From: an uncultured delta proteobacterium
GTDB lineage: Bacteria > Myxococcota > Myxococcia > Myxococcales > Myxococcaceae
DNA: 64,000 nt
Reading direction: 5' to 3'
NCBI GenBank assembly: GCA_963771175.1
Contig: CAVYSY010000025.1
Coordinates: 122,752 to 186,751, forward strand
Positions within the stretch are counted from its first letter, which is position 1, and each line of letters opens with the position of its first letter. Made by a program: the position numbers and the translations under genes. The notes below the pieces were generated by a model. It worked only from the letters and a program-made list of their open reading frames with translations, did not search any database and had not been told where the DNA came from. Shown here piece by piece: positions 33,501 to 44,704 of this stretch.

Positions 33501-34624
33501 CCGCGCGCGACGCGGCCGGCCTGGTCGCCACGTGCGACTTCGCCGTGACGGTGCGGGACACCCTGCCGCCGGAGCCCGTATGCCCCGGAGACGCCACGGT
33601 GGAGGCGACGAGCCTGGGCGGCACGGTGGTCACCTTCTCCGACCCGGTGGCCTCCGACGCCATCACCCGCGAGCCGACCCTCACCGTGGACCATGCATCC
33701 GGCGACCTCTTCGCGCAGGGCGCCACCACGGTGACGGTGACGGCCACCGACGCCGCGGGCAACAGCAACCAGTGCACCTTCACCGTCCACGTGCGCGACA
33801 CGACGGCCTCGGTGGTGACGTGCCCGGCGAACCAGCTCTTCGAGGCCGTGGACGCTGGCGGCGCCACCGCCACCTGGCCGGCCGCCGAGGCCTCGGACGT
33901 GGCCTCCCGTCCGACCGTCTCCTACGACCACGCCCTCGGGAGCCGCTTCCCGCTCGGGAGCACACCCGTCACGGCGACGGCCACGGATGGAGCCGGGAAC
34001 CTCGCGAGCTGCACCTTCCAGGTCATCGTCCGCGACACCACGGCGCCCACGCTCAAGTGCCCGGCCGCCATCCAGCTCGAGGCCACGGGACCCTCGGGCG
34101 CGCCGGCGGACTTCGCCGTGACCAACGCCGTGGACACCATCTCCGACGTCACCCTCCAGACCAGCCACTCCTCGGGGACCACCTTCCCGGTGGGAGAGAC
34201 CTCCGTCCAGGTGCGGGCCGAGGACGCCTCCGGCAACGCGTCCGAGTGCGGCTTCTCCGTCGCGGTGCGCGACACCCTGCCCCCGCTGCTCATGTGCCCG
34301 CAGGACGTGAGCGTGACGCCCGACTCGAAGGGGGCAGTGGCGGTGGAGCTGCCCCAGGCCTCCGTCACGGACCGGGTGACGACCTCCCCCCCCCTCACGA
34401 TGGCACCGGAGAGCGGCAGCCTCTTCCAGCCGGGTGACACGGCCGTGGAGGTGACGGCGAAGGATGCCTCCGGCAACACGGCCCGGTGCTCGTTCAACGT
34501 CCACGTCGAAAAAGTTTCCGGTGGGTGTTCCTCCGCGCCGGGTAGCACCCTGGGATGGGTGGGCCTGTTGTTGTTCGTGGCCGTTGCCGCCCGTCGACGG
34601 TCCCTCTCGTCTCGTGGTCTGTAA
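30548..34624 (+). CDS. Surface lipoprotein: about 18 ELWxxDGT propeller repeats, 5 HYR domains and a MYXO-CTERM
   Basis: Lipobox LGVAC. Repeated ELWR/KS/TDGT. Five PxxxCP...G.T.V..TA.DA.GN...C.F.V.V units. C-terminal [13 protein letters not shown]. Confidence 0.92.
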   Translation: MVRANTILAALCALALGVACTSPTGQEPAPEAPKATQRRALGEGPASLVADLGVKAEAALVRNPKNLVAAGPTLLFSSNDEALGEELWRQDASGPVLVADIYPGPIGASPSRFFHMRGLTYFTALDAQHGVELWRTDGTSRGTFLLKDVYPGTKGSDIRTFAEYNGWLFFAANDGVHGLELWRSDGTPEGTELVRDIVLGSGNGGPSGFTVFGGKLYFLTTGPGGTRQLWRTDGTRDGTVRVSTKVTASDSDFPNGGLVRVGGSLFFAGNDGTTGNELWKTNGTEEGTVRVKDLQPGATGSEPQRLTAFGGALYFAATDGTSGRELWRSDGTEEGTRLVTELVSGNNTAETPSTLVATPTRLFFSLTGGTASALYATDGTAAGTAQLVDFKALGGSGLLYGMTAQGDTLFFFGNEPVVGTELWTSDGTPSGTRRIGNDLFPNNGPRPDALTVVGDTVYFVANTPGTGLSIEYPAVPTLWKTQGDESNTVPAGADPKPTRGSNPAPFASMGDALYFTTFEDEEVPKLWRTDGTAAGTRALADVGPKGMLTFGSAGLSELTVLNDSLYFATSQSSGYELWKTDGTSSAAVTTDVLLATEASYPIELHTHNGELFFAGKDTTHGVELWKTDGTSTVLVKDLNAGTPSSNPASFTSVVGGDLYFLVNSSTTGWELWKTDGTEPGTVRAVDIRGSAGTGTVTSIAGAMGDSLYFVAADTATGPELWRLDGTGTATLVKDIRSGAQGSGPSRFAVIGTTLYFTADDGVSGRELWRTDGTPAGTSRVKDIAIGTTSASPAAFAVIGTTLYFTADDGVSGSELWRSDGTETGTVRVADVRPGSAHGVLAESLFVLPDEKVLLFAANDGVNGTELWRSDGTEAGTFVLHDIAPGQLSSDPESFAFFGSSIAFGANDGRHGREPWLMSRALLTNSTPPTITCPANQFVEAQQPLGALVHFPEAEAQDDTALPPALSYSHGPSGFFPFGTTVVTATARDAAGLVATCDFAVTVRDTLPPEPVCPGDATVEATSLGGTVVTFSDPVASDAITREPTLTVDHASGDLFAQGATTVTVTATDAAGNSNQCTFTVHVRDTTASVVTCPANQLFEAVDAGGATATWPAAEASDVASRPTVSYDHALGSRFPLGSTPVTATATDGAGNLASCTFQVIVRDTTAPTLKCPAAIQLEATGPSGAPADFAVTNAVDTISDVTLQTSHSSGTTFPVGETSVQVRAEDASGNASECGFSVAVRDTLPPLLMCPQDVSVTPDSKGAVAVELPQASVTDRVTTSPPLTMAPESGSLFQPGDTAVEVTAKDASGNTARCSFNVHVEKVSGGCSSAPGSTLGWVGLLLFVAVAARRRSLSSRGL

Positions 34625-34633
34625 AGGACCTCC

Positions 34634-36865
34634 ATGAGCAAGTCCTCCCCATCCACCGAGCCGCACTTCCGCACCTGCAACCTCTGCGAGGCCATGTGCG
34701 GCCTGCGGATCGAGACAGCCGGTGGCCGCGTCAGCTCCATCCGGGGTGACGAGGAGGATCCGTTCAGCAAGGGCCACATCTGCCCCAAGGCCGTGGCGCT
34801 CCAGGACCTCCATGAGGACCCGGACCGGCTCCGCCAACCCGTCCGGCGCACCGCCACCGGCTGGGAGCCCCTCTCGTGGGACGAGGCCCTGGACGAGGTC
34901 GCGCGGCGGCTCCACGCCATCCAGCGGGAGCACGGCAAGGAGTCGCTGGGCGTGTACGTGGGCAATCCCACCGTCCACGACCACGGCTCGCTGATGTTCC
35001 TGCCGCTGCTCCTGCGGGCGCTGCGCACGCGGAACAAGTTCTCCGCGTCGTCGGTGGACCAACTCCCCCACCAGCTCGCCGCGTACCTGATGTTCGGGCA
35101 CCAGTTCCTCATCCCCATCCCGGACATCGACCACACGCGCTTCATGCTCATCCTCGGGGCCAACCCGCTCGCCTCCAACGGCAGCCTGATGAGCGCACCG
35201 GGCGTGCGCGGCCGGCTCAAGGCCATCCAGCAGCGCGGCGGCAAGGTGGTGGTGGTGGACCCGCGCAAGACGGAGACCGCCCGCGCCGCGGACGAGCACG
35301 TCTTCATCCGCCCCGGCACGGATGCGCTGTGGCTCTTCTCGCTCCTGAACGTCCTGCTGCGGGAGACGGGCCCGAAGCTCGGGCGGCTCGCGGAGTTCAC
35401 CGAAGGCCTGGCCACCATCCAGGAGCTGGCGCGCGAGTTCACCCCCGAGCGGGCCGCGCCCCACACCGGCGTGTCGGCGGACACCACCCGGCGGCTCGCC
35501 CGGGAGCTGGCCGCCTCGGAGGCCGCCGTCTGCTACGGCCGCGTGGGCGTCTCCACGCACCCCTTTGGCGCGATGTGTCAGTGGCTCATCAACGCCATCA
35601 ACGTGGTGACGGGGAACCTCGACCGCGAGGGCGGTGCCCTGTTCACGCGGCCGGCCTACGACCTCGTGGGCGGGCCGCGCGCGCTGGGCATGAACCGCGG
35701 CAGCTACGGGCGCTGGAAGAGCCGGGTGCGAGGGCTGCCCGAGTTCGCTGGCGAGCTGCCGGTGGCCGCGCTCGGCGAGGAAATCCTCACCGAGGGCCCC
35801 GGACGCATCCGTGCGATGCTGACCTCCGCGGGCAACCCGGTGGTGTCCACCCCCAACGGGCGTCAGCTCGACAAGGCGTTCGCGTCACTCGACTTCATGG
35901 TGTGCATCGACCCGTACATCAACGAGACGACGCGGCATGCGCACATCATCCTCCCGCCCAGCACGCAGCTCGAGCGGAGCCACTACGACCTCGCCTTCCA
36001 CGTGCTGGCGGTGCGCAACACGGCGAAGTACTCGCCACCGCTCTTCGCGCCGCGCCCGGACTCGCGCCACGACTGGGAGATCTTCCTGGAGCTGAAGCAT
36101 CGCCTGGAGGTGCTGCGCGGAGAGCCCCGCGTGAAGGGCGAGCTGACCTACCGCGCGCTCAAGGCGCTCGGCCCCGACGGCCTCCTGGACCTGGGGCTGC
36201 GAGCGGGTCCGTACGGCATGAGGCTCCGCCCGTTCCGCAAGGGGCTGAACCTCGCGAGCCTCCGGGCTCAACCGCACGGCGTGGACCTGGGACCGCTGAA
36301 GCCGAGCCTCCCCAAGCGGCTGGCGACGAGGGATCGCCGCATCCACCTGACGCCCGACCTGCTGGTGGCGGACGTCCAGCGACTGCGCCAGGCCTTCCCG
36401 GAGGGCGCGGGTACCGCCGAGGAAGGGACGCTGCTGCTCATCGGCCGGCGCCACCTGCGGGACAACAACTCGTGGCTGCACAACGTGCCCCGGCTCGTCA
36501 GCGGGAAGCCACGGTGCACGCTGATGCTCCACCCCGAGGACGCCCAGCGGCTGGGATTGACCGAGGGGGGCGAGGCCCTCATCACCTCACGCGTCGGCGA
36601 GGTGCGGGCGCCGGTGAGCGTGACGGACGAAGTGATGCCCGGCGTGGTGAGCCTGCCGCACGGCTACGGGCACGGGCGCGAGGGCGTCCGGCTCCGGGTG
36701 GCCGGGGAGCATGCGGGCGTGAGCATCAACGACCTCACGGATGACCGCGTGCTGGATGCGCTCAGCGGCAACGCCGCGTTCAACGGAGTCCGGGTGCGCG
36801 TCCAGCCCGCCCGGACGATTCAAACCGAGACGAAACAGCAATACGAGAAGTCCGCGACTGGATGA
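34634..36865 (+). CDS. Molybdopterin oxidoreductase (MopB/DMSO-reductase superfamily) with an N-terminal 4Fe-4S motif
   Basis: CNLCEAMCG...GHICPK, GANP, VVVDPR, LHPEDA, PGVVSLPHGYG. Confidence 0.9.
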   Translation: MSKSSPSTEPHFRTCNLCEAMCGLRIETAGGRVSSIRGDEEDPFSKGHICPKAVALQDLHEDPDRLRQPVRRTATGWEPLSWDEALDEVARRLHAIQREHGKESLGVYVGNPTVHDHGSLMFLPLLLRALRTRNKFSASSVDQLPHQLAAYLMFGHQFLIPIPDIDHTRFMLILGANPLASNGSLMSAPGVRGRLKAIQQRGGKVVVVDPRKTETARAADEHVFIRPGTDALWLFSLLNVLLRETGPKLGRLAEFTEGLATIQELAREFTPERAAPHTGVSADTTRRLARELAASEAAVCYGRVGVSTHPFGAMCQWLINAINVVTGNLDREGGALFTRPAYDLVGGPRALGMNRGSYGRWKSRVRGLPEFAGELPVAALGEEILTEGPGRIRAMLTSAGNPVVSTPNGRQLDKAFASLDFMVCIDPYINETTRHAHIILPPSTQLERSHYDLAFHVLAVRNTAKYSPPLFAPRPDSRHDWEIFLELKHRLEVLRGEPRVKGELTYRALKALGPDGLLDLGLRAGPYGMRLRPFRKGLNLASLRAQPHGVDLGPLKPSLPKRLATRDRRIHLTPDLLVADVQRLRQAFPEGAGTAEEGTLLLIGRRHLRDNNSWLHNVPRLVSGKPRCTLMLHPEDAQRLGLTEGGEALITSRVGEVRAPVSVTDEVMPGVVSLPHGYGHGREGVRLRVAGEHAGVSINDLTDDRVLDALSGNAAFNGVRVRVQPARTIQTETKQQYEKSATG

Positions 36866-36875
36866 GACTACAGCA

Positions 36876-37601
36876 ATGATCACCCTCTATCAGACCCCCG
36901 TGGCCTGGGGCACGCCCAACCTCAGCCCGTTCTGCGTCAAGTTGGAGTCGTACTTCCGGATGATCGGCCAGCCCTACGAGGTGAAGCCGGCGGATCTGCG
37001 CAAGGCGCCCAAGGGCAAGGTGCCCTACATCGACATCGAGGGAAAGCTCATGGGGGACTCGGGCTTCATCATCGAGTACCTCAAGCAGAAGCATGGGGAC
37101 ACGCTCGACGCGAAGCTGACCCCGGAGCAGGTGGCGATCGGCCACACGGTCCGGCGCATGCTGGAGGAGTCCACCTACTGGAACATCGTGTACATGCGCT
37201 GGGTGGATGAGCCGGGCTGGAGGGCCTACGTGCCGGTGCTCGAGACGATGCTGCCGGTGGTGGTGAGCAACGTCATGCTGCCGGTGCTCCGCCGGAGGAT
37301 GCACAAGGTCCTCCACAACCAGGGCATGGGCCGCCACAACCTCGACGAGGTCCAACACCTGGGCAAGCAGGACATCTCCGCGCTGTCGACGCTGATGGGG
37401 AACAAGCCCTTCCTGCTCTGCGACACCCCCACGTCCTATGACGCGACGGTCTACGCGTTCCTCGTGGGCATCATGGCCTTCCCGGTGGACTCGGAGTTCA
37501 AGCAACACACCCTCTCCCAGGGCAACCTGGTGGAGTACTGCGCCCGCTTCAAGTCGCGCTTCTTCTCGAACTGGAAGCCCTCCGGCAGCAAGGCCGCCTA
37601 G
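36876..37601 (+). CDS. Glutathione S-transferase family protein (metaxin/FAX-like)
   Basis: PNLSPFCVKLESY, APKGKVPYI, DSGFIIEYL. Confidence 0.85.
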   Translation: MITLYQTPVAWGTPNLSPFCVKLESYFRMIGQPYEVKPADLRKAPKGKVPYIDIEGKLMGDSGFIIEYLKQKHGDTLDAKLTPEQVAIGHTVRRMLEESTYWNIVYMRWVDEPGWRAYVPVLETMLPVVVSNVMLPVLRRRMHKVLHNQGMGRHNLDEVQHLGKQDISALSTLMGNKPFLLCDTPTSYDATVYAFLVGIMAFPVDSEFKQHTLSQGNLVEYCARFKSRFFSNWKPSGSKAA

Positions 37602-37625
37602 CCCTCCGCCCGCGAGCCCACCGCG

Positions 37626-38340
37626 ATGCGCCCGGATATGCCCGACACCTCCGCCGAGAGGACCCGCGAGGTCGTCGCCTACTACGACGCCCTCGCGCCG
37701 ACGTACGACACGGATCGGTTCGGCAACTCGTACGGCGCCTATCTGGATGGGCTGGAGCGGCGGGTGTTGCGCGAGTGGCTCCAGGGCCCGCGGGTGCTCG
37801 ACCTGGCCTGTGGAACAGGCCGCTTCCTGGAGCTCGCGAGCGACGGACTCGACTTGAGCGAGAAGATGCTCGAGCGCGCCCGGGAGCGCTGGCCGGGCAA
37901 GCGACTCCACCACGCGCCCGCCTGGAGCATCCCCGCCGAGGATGGCAGCTACGACAGCGTCTTCTCCCTGCACTTCTTCATGCACCTGCGCCTGGAGGAC
38001 ATCCACCGCGTGCTGGACGAGTGCCGGAGGGTGCTGCGTCGCGGCGGGACGATGGTGTTCGACGTCCCCAACGCGCTGCGCCGCCGGCTGGTGGGTCACC
38101 GTGCCACCGGGTGGCACGCGGGCACCGCGCTGACGGTGGACGAGCTGCGAGGGTTGTGCGGTGGATCCTGGCGCCTCGTCGAGCTGCGCGGCCTCGCGCT
38201 GGCTCCCATCCACCGCCTGCCCCATGCGGCCCGACCGGCCTTCAGGGCCGCGGAGGTACTGCTCGGTCGGACGCCCCTGAAGCACCTCGCCTCCTACCAG
38301 CTGGTGAAGCTTGAGAAGCTGGAGCTGACCTCCTCCGTCC
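37626..38340 (+). CDS. Class I SAM-dependent methyltransferase (3' end uncertain; the ORF reads to 38483)
   Basis: VLDLACGTG, GLDLSEKML, ECRRVLRRGG. Confidence 0.85.
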
Positions 38341-38350
38341 GCTCGTCCCG

Positions 38351-39076
38351 GTGCCCGCTCGGGTGTGGGTGGCCGCCTCGCGGCGCGGGCTCCGGGACTG
38401 GCGCTCGGGCGCGCGGAGAGACCTGGTCACCGGCGCCTCGGAGCACGCACGGGCTGAAGCGCGGGCATGGCCGGAGTCCGTGACCATCTCGCAGTCACTC
38501 GGCAACTCCCCCCAGGTGTCGAGCAAGAAGCACAACCTCGCCCTGGCCATCCGCGAGCTGCAGGACGTCCGCGTGGGGCCGGAGGAGCTCTTCTCGTTCT
38601 GGGGACTGGTGGGGAATCCCACGAAGCGCCGCGGCTTCGTCCCCGGACGCAACCTGGTGGGAGGACGAATCGAGACGAGCATCGGCGGAGGGCTGTGCCA
38701 GCTCTCGGGGCTGACGTACCTGCTGGCCCTGCGCAGCGGTCTGCTCATCCTGGAGCGGCACGCGCACTCGGTGGACATCTACACGGAAGAGACGCGCTTC
38801 GCGCCGCTGGGCGCGGATGCCACGGTGGCCTACGGCTACAAGGACCTCCGCTTCCGCAACATCCTCCCCTTCCCCATCGCCCTGCGGTTCGAGCTGGGCG
38901 AGGACACGCTCACCGGCTCGGTATGCGCCCCCCTGCCACTGGAGCCCTGCGCCGTGGAGTTCGCCCTCGAAGAGGAGACGGACGGCCGCCGGGTGATGAC
39001 GTGGCTACGCCGGCCGGGAACCACGGGCCCGGATTGCGTCGGCGTCTCCCGGTACAAAAAGCCAGACGCCGGGTAA
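38351..39076 (+). CDS. VanW family protein (start uncertain)
   Basis: HNL.LA, FSFW..VG, IGGGLCQLS, ERHAHS, DATVAYGYKDLRFRN. Confidence 0.85.
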   Translation: MPARVWVAASRRGLRDWRSGARRDLVTGASEHARAEARAWPESVTISQSLGNSPQVSSKKHNLALAIRELQDVRVGPEELFSFWGLVGNPTKRRGFVPGRNLVGGRIETSIGGGLCQLSGLTYLLALRSGLLILERHAHSVDIYTEETRFAPLGADATVAYGYKDLRFRNILPFPIALRFELGEDTLTGSVCAPLPLEPCAVEFALEEETDGRRVMTWLRRPGTTGPDCVGVSRYKKPDAG

Positions 39077-39080
39077 CCGA

Positions 39081-39513
39081 TCAGACCTGTGGGTCGGACT
39101 GGCCGTACTTCTTTCGGCGGAGTTGCCATTCCTCATACAGGCTGTCGGTGGGACTGATGTGCCAATCCCTCACCAGCCTGAGTTGCTCATCCCACCTCTT
39201 CTCGGCAATCTCAATTCCAAACTCACCGATCCTTTCGGATCTGAGGCGACCCTGTTCGTCCCAGACACGCTCGTACCCGTGGAGACCTCCGCACCAGAGA
39301 TTCTTTTCCAGCATCAGCTGCCCAGAGGGATACCACTCGCGGCTGAGTCCATGCCTGAGTCCATTCACGTGGTGGACCTCGCATTGGAGGGCTCCATCCG
39401 GGAAGAACTCGACGGCAATGCCCGTGAAGGGCTGCCCCTTCCAGAACGATATAGTAGTCATCACCTACTACGAGTTCGAGCTCATCGAACTCGATGCGAG
39501 CAATGTCTGTCAT
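39081..39513 (-). CDS. YwqK-like (MORN-variant) immunity protein (indel near 39465)
   Basis: MTDIARIEFDELE...KGQPFTG..VEFFPDG.L......NGLRHG...WYPSGQL......G.LHG....WDEQG.L. Its ATG overlaps the toxin TGA (ATGA). Confidence 0.75.
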
Positions 39514-40897
39514 GGCAGGATCCTGATTCCTCGCGGGAGGATCGCCTCGCAATTCGCACAAGGCGGTGGGATGCCCTCGATCCTTTTCGCACCAAGAAGA
39601 GAGCGGTTGTGAAGGACGAACTCGGAGAGTTCCTGGGGCGCTACGGGACGGCCCAGCGACCGATTCTCGTTCATACAAGGCCCGGCTCAAGGCGATGATT
39701 TCGGAGTGCGAGCCCGGCCTCCCGCTCGCTCCGGTGTGACGCCGCCCGTTGCTGCACGAGGTAGTCATCAAGCCCTTCCGGAGAAGCGGATGCAGGTTGA
39801 CGAGGCGGATGCTCGTGATTGACCCCAAAGAACGTTCGCCCAGTCCTCGTATCGAGCACCCCCGTCAAGACCGGGCTCCGCTGGTTGTTTGAAAGCACCT
39901 CGACCATGTGGATGGAGCGCAGGCGAACCACCTCGACGAAGGCTTTCTCCACCTCCGGTGTCAGGTAGGGCGCGGTGCCACCGCTTCCGGCCAGCGGATG
40001 GGCGAGGCCCAGTGCCTTCTCCACCGCCACTCCCACCGCCAGCGCGGCGAAGAAATCCGCCGCCGCACCGAGCCGGGACACGTCCTGCTCCGTGAACATC
40101 TCCTTGCCACTGCCCACCCGCCAGCCCCGCTCCAGCGCGAAGTGAAGCGGGTTGGCGTCCCTGACCAGCCCGTACAGGCCCAACTGGAGTCGAAGGGTGG
40201 CGGGATGCGTCCACACGTAGTGGGCGACAATCCTCCGCCTGTTCTCGAAATGGGCGTACCTCCGCGCAGCGACCGCGCCTCCGCCCACGAGCTGCTCCGC
40301 CTCTCGGGCTTCTTGAGGAGTCAGCATTCCAGGCTCGACCGGTGGCCGCATGCGAAGGGGAGCGGGGACGGTAGGCGAGACCATCGCCTGAAGATACTCG
40401 TTCTCCCAACTCGAGAGCGGGTGGAGCCACTGGTCGGGATGTGCTCCCGGGCTCTGAGGCCCACCAGTCCGCGACTTCCCCAGGCGTCTGCAGGTGGACG
40501 AGCTGCTGGACCACATCGCGCCCGTTGAAGACACGGACCCCCTCGGCAGTCGGGGCTTCGAGCGGGGTGGAGTCGCCAGCGCCGCCGACGCCCCGGGTGA
40601 AGAAGGTCTCGGACCGGGTGCGAATTTCGGCCGACTCCACGCGCGGACTATTGAAACCGGGTAGGAGCACCTGTCCACCATTGGGGCCCCGAGGCCATTG
40701 TCCCACCGCGAGGTACGGTGCCACGACCCGGCACCAGAACAGCTCGCATTGCTCCGAGTCGCAGAGCGCGAGCACGCTTCTCGCGCTCCTGCTCAAGGTC
40801 GTCAATCCTCCGCAACCGCTCCCCACCCTTTTTGGAAAGGTCTCGTCGGCGCGCAAGCAACCAGCAAGCCGCACAGCATCACCCCCACGCACCGCAT
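39510..40897 (-). CDS. Lipoprotein polymorphic toxin with a C-terminal YwqJ-like zinc deaminase (several indels)
   Basis: Signal peptide MRCVGVMLCGLLVAC. Cys-rich LCDSEQCELFWCR segment. C-terminal SPVLTGVLDTRTG..FFGVN, LHPLL, PGSHSEIIAL and PPPCANCEAIL. Confidence 0.72.
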
Positions 40898-41013
40898 GGG
40901 CCCCCCTCGACGAAAGAACTCCAAGACTCCCAGGGTAGGCGGTCAGGTATCATCCCCATCGCGTTGTGCTCGCCACTCTGTCCATCGCTCGACAGGCGGC
41001 ATACGCCAGGCAT

Positions 41014-41056
41014 GAAAAAGCCCGGTGCGGAGGAATCTCCGCACCGGGCCTTCTCT
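41014..41056 (-). terminator. Terminator of the beta-helix gene
   Basis: aaaaagcccggtgcggag-gaat-ctccgcaccgggc hairpin. Confidence 0.8.
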
Positions 41057-41081
41057 GCTTTATACCGTCAGCGGATCGCGA

Positions 41082-42714
41082 CTAGCAGCCGGTCTCCACC
41101 GCACCGATGTCCGGGGCGCCACCGCAGAAGGGCAGGCCCACGTCGCCACCGCGATCCACGGCGGCCGAGCTCGGCCCGAAGGCCGGCGGGGCCGCGCCCG
41201 CGTCGCCTGCGGTGGAGGTGCTGTCACCCGAGGCCTGCTGGAAGCCCACCAGGTCCACCATCTGGCCGTTGCTCTTGAACTGCGCGCCCGACGGGAAGAG
41301 GTTGTTGCCCATCTTCAGGCCCGGACGCTGACCGCCGAGGTCCACCGCCACCTGAGCCTCCGCGATGAGGTTGTTCTCCACCCGGAGGTTGCTCGTGGCA
41401 CCGCCGGTGCCATGGCCGAGGATGAGCGCCGCACCCGCCACGCGCGTCACGGTGTTGTTCAGCAGCACCGCGCCCTCGGAGTTCTCGAAGCGGATGCCCG
41501 TGCCCTCGCCCCCCCCGGTGGTGGTGATGTCATGGACGCGGTTGCGCCGCACCACCACGCCGCTCGGCACGGGGCCTTCATGGTTGCCACCCACCGAGAT
41601 GCCCTTGCCCGAGTCGTAGACCTCGTTGTCCTCGACAGTGACATTGCGCGCCGAGTAGTGGACCACCACCGCGTCACCCTTGGCCGTGGAGCTCGGCTTG
41701 AAGTCGTGCATCTTGTTGTTGCGGATGGTGACGTTGTGGCACGTCTTGATGTCCACCGCGTTCTCACGGTTGGCGTAGAGGTGGTTGTTCTCCACGAGCA
41801 GCCCATCCGCGGGAGGCAGCGAGCTGAAGCCCTCGGGCCCCAGGCACTGCACCGAGTCACCCGAGTTGTCGTGGATGTCGTTGTTGCGCACCGTGATGTC
41901 GCGCGAGGTGGGCTGCACCACGATGCCGTGCGAGTCCTGGTTGCCCGAGTTCTTCACGAAGCCGTGGATGTGGTTGTTCTCGATGACCGCGCCACGGGCG
42001 TTGTCATACGTGGTGACGGCGGCACCGAGCGTGCCGTGGTGCAGCTCCGAGTTGACCACCGTCGAGCCCTGCACGTTCCCCTGGAAGGTCACCGCGTAGA
42101 CGGACTGCCCCTGCAGATCGACCTCGAAACCATCCACCACCCAGTGCGGCTTGCGCACCTGGATGAGCGCGCCGGAACCAGCACCCGGAACGATGCGCGG
42201 CTTGCCCTCGCCCTGAAGGGTGATGGGCGCGCCTTCCGAGCCGGCCTTGGAGGTGTCGCCGATGACGATGCGCTCGGCGTAGGTGCCCGCCAGGACGCGG
42301 ATGCCCTCACCCGGACCGGCCACGCGAGATGGCCTTGGCGATGGAGCGGAACGGCTGGGCCGCGCTCCCATCACCCGAGTCGTTGCCGGACGGACCCACC
42401 ACCCACTCGCGCGTGAAGCGCGGCGACGCGGCCTCGGGAGCCGGCGCGGCCACGCCCGGCTGCGGCGAGGGCTCGGCGATGGACGAGTGCCCCTCGTGCG
42501 AGGGCAGGTCGGCCACGGGCGTATCCGCCACGGGCTGCACACCGATGGGCGCGGGCTGTCCAGGCTCGGACGCGGCCGTGGCGTTGACGCGCGGAGCATT
42601 GTCCGGGAGGCCCTGCTGGCCGTCCCCCTCCGAAGGGGAACCGGCTCCACCACAGGCCCACAGCCCCAAGCTCAGCGAGCAGGCGGCCAGCAGGGCCGCT
42701 GGAGTCTTCCTCAT
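41082..42714 (-). CDS. Right-handed parallel beta-helix lipoprotein (DUF1565/pectin-lyase-like); indel near 42325
   Basis: Lipobox LGLWAC. WVVGPSGNDSGDGSAAQPFRSIAKA, IRVLAGTYAE, repeated (I/V)xNNxI(H/Y), APDIGAVE. Confidence 0.8.
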
Positions 42715-42849
42715 CTTGCCTCCTTGAATCGACATGAGCAGGGGAACCACCGTCAGGGCCCCCGGTATTCGCCACCCCTCCTTCCTGCCTGCCCGCCCTC
42801 CAATCAGGAGGTGGCGGTCCACTCCATCCACGGGTAGCTTCAGGGGGCT

Positions 42850-44586
42850 TTGCTCAAGGCCGTTCCTCCACTCCTCGCGATCCTCCTCCTCGCCACGTGC
42901 GCCGCCCCCCAGCGGCCCTCCCCCTCCACGCCCGCGGAACCACGCCAATCCGTGAGCGGCGCCACCGCGCCACCGGCCCCGAGCCCGGTGCCCACGGCCG
43001 AGGCATCGGCGCTCTCCCCTGACGCGCTGCCGATGCCGGGCAGCCTCAAGCGCCTGGACTTCCGAGGCGGTGAGCCGCAGGTGCCCATCGGACTGATGGA
43101 GGGCCGCCGCGAGGTGCGCTTCTCCCCGAAGGGGCGAATGCGGCTGCGCTTCGGTGGGGACGAGGAGCGGCTGTTGGAGGCTCCGGCGGGCACGGTGTGG
43201 ACGGTGCGGGTGACGGACGGCACGCCCGCCGAGCTGACCGCGCGCATCCAACTGGCGGAGTTCCCCTTCGCGGACAAGGCGGGGCTCTCGGAGGCCCAGG
43301 CCCAGTGGCAGGCCCGGGGCGTGGCGGTGCGCGGCCACGTGCTGGGGTCGCTCTATGGCATCACCGGGAAGGTCATCGACAACCGGCGCTACCTGCTGCT
43401 GGTGGACGAGGCGCTGTCACCGAAGGCGGCCACCGAGCGCCAGGCGGAGTTGCTGCGCCAGTTCGGCGTGCGCACCACCCTCTTCGAGGAGGTCCGCGCC
43501 CCCTCCCGCGCCATCCTCGAGCTGAAGGACGACTCTGGCAACGTGGTGGGGCTGGCGCAGGACAACCTCTACGCGGAGACGCTGGACGGCGCCGGCTTCG
43601 ACGTGCGGCAGGTGGAGCACGACGTCGGCTACGACTTCCACGGCTTCGAGGACCGCGGCTTCCGGGGCACGCTGCAGCTCACGGTCGATCGCCACGGGAC
43701 GCTCGCGGTGGTGAACGTGGTGACGCTCGAGGATCTGCTCAAGGGGCTGGTGCCCTCGGAGATCTTCGCCCGGGCGCACCCCGAGGCGCTCAAGGCGCAG
43801 GCGGTGACGGCGCGCGGCGAGGTGCTCGCGAAGGTCGGCATCAAGCACCTGGCGGACCCGTACCTGCTCTGCTCCGAGCAGCACTGCGCGGTGTACAAGG
43901 GCCGCTCGGGCGAGGCGGCCAGCACCAACGCGGCGGTGGAGGCCACCCGGGGCGAGGCGCTCTTCGCGGCGGACGGGCGGCTGGTGGACTCGGTCTACAG
44001 CGCGGTGTGCGGCGGCCACACCGAGGACAACGACGTCGTCTGGGGCGGCCCGCCCAACCCGAGCCTGCGCGGCCGGCCGGACCTCATCGGCCCCACCGAG
44101 GGGCTGCCCACGCCCGAGTCCCTGCCGAAGTTCCTGCGCGCCGAGCTGCCCGCGGCCTGCCGCCTCTCCACCTTCGCGCAGCTCGGGCAAGTACCGCTGG
44201 GAGAAGCGCTTCAGCGCGGAGCAGGTGAACGCGCTCACCGCGCACCTGGGGGTGGGCCCGGTGCACGCGCTGAGCCTCGGGGAGCGCGGGGTGTCCGGCC
44301 GCGCGCGCACTGCTCACGGTGGCGGGCGAGCGAGGCGCCACCCAGGTGCGCGGCGAGCTCAACATCCGCCGCCTCTTCGGCATGCTGAACAGCGCCATGT
44401 TCCTGCTGGAGGAAGAGCGGGACGCCGAGGGCCACCTCACCGGCTGGCGTCTTCCGCGGCGGCGGCTGGGGCCACGGGGTGGGCATGTGCCAGACCGGCG
44501 CCATCGGCCGGGCAGAGGCCGGGCAGCGCTACCGGGACATCCTCCGGCTCTACTTCAATGGTGCGGAGGTCGCGCCCATCTATTGA
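42850..44586 (+). CDS. SpoIID/LytB domain protein (indels in the 3' part)
   Basis: LKGLVPSEI, EALKAQAVTAR, YSAVCGGHTE, GGGWGHGVGMCQTGA. Confidence 0.88.
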
Positions 44587-44704
44587 GTTACAGTCCCTCT
44601 CTCCCTCGGAAGAGGGCCGGACGTGCGGGTCCAAGAGCCTCGAGTTGTCGCCCTGAAAACGTCTCGGGAGTAGCCGACGCGCTCAGGGGTTATGATCACC
44701 ACGC

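Noticed and set aside
38351..39076. VanW as a glycopeptide resistance determinant
   Set aside because: No vanHAX/RS context, and VanW domains are widespread with unknown function.
39050..41035. aaaaagcc... similarity on both sides of the toxin-immunity pair as a target duplication
   Set aside because: Only about 13/18 nt match and A-runs are expected at terminators, so it is too weak.
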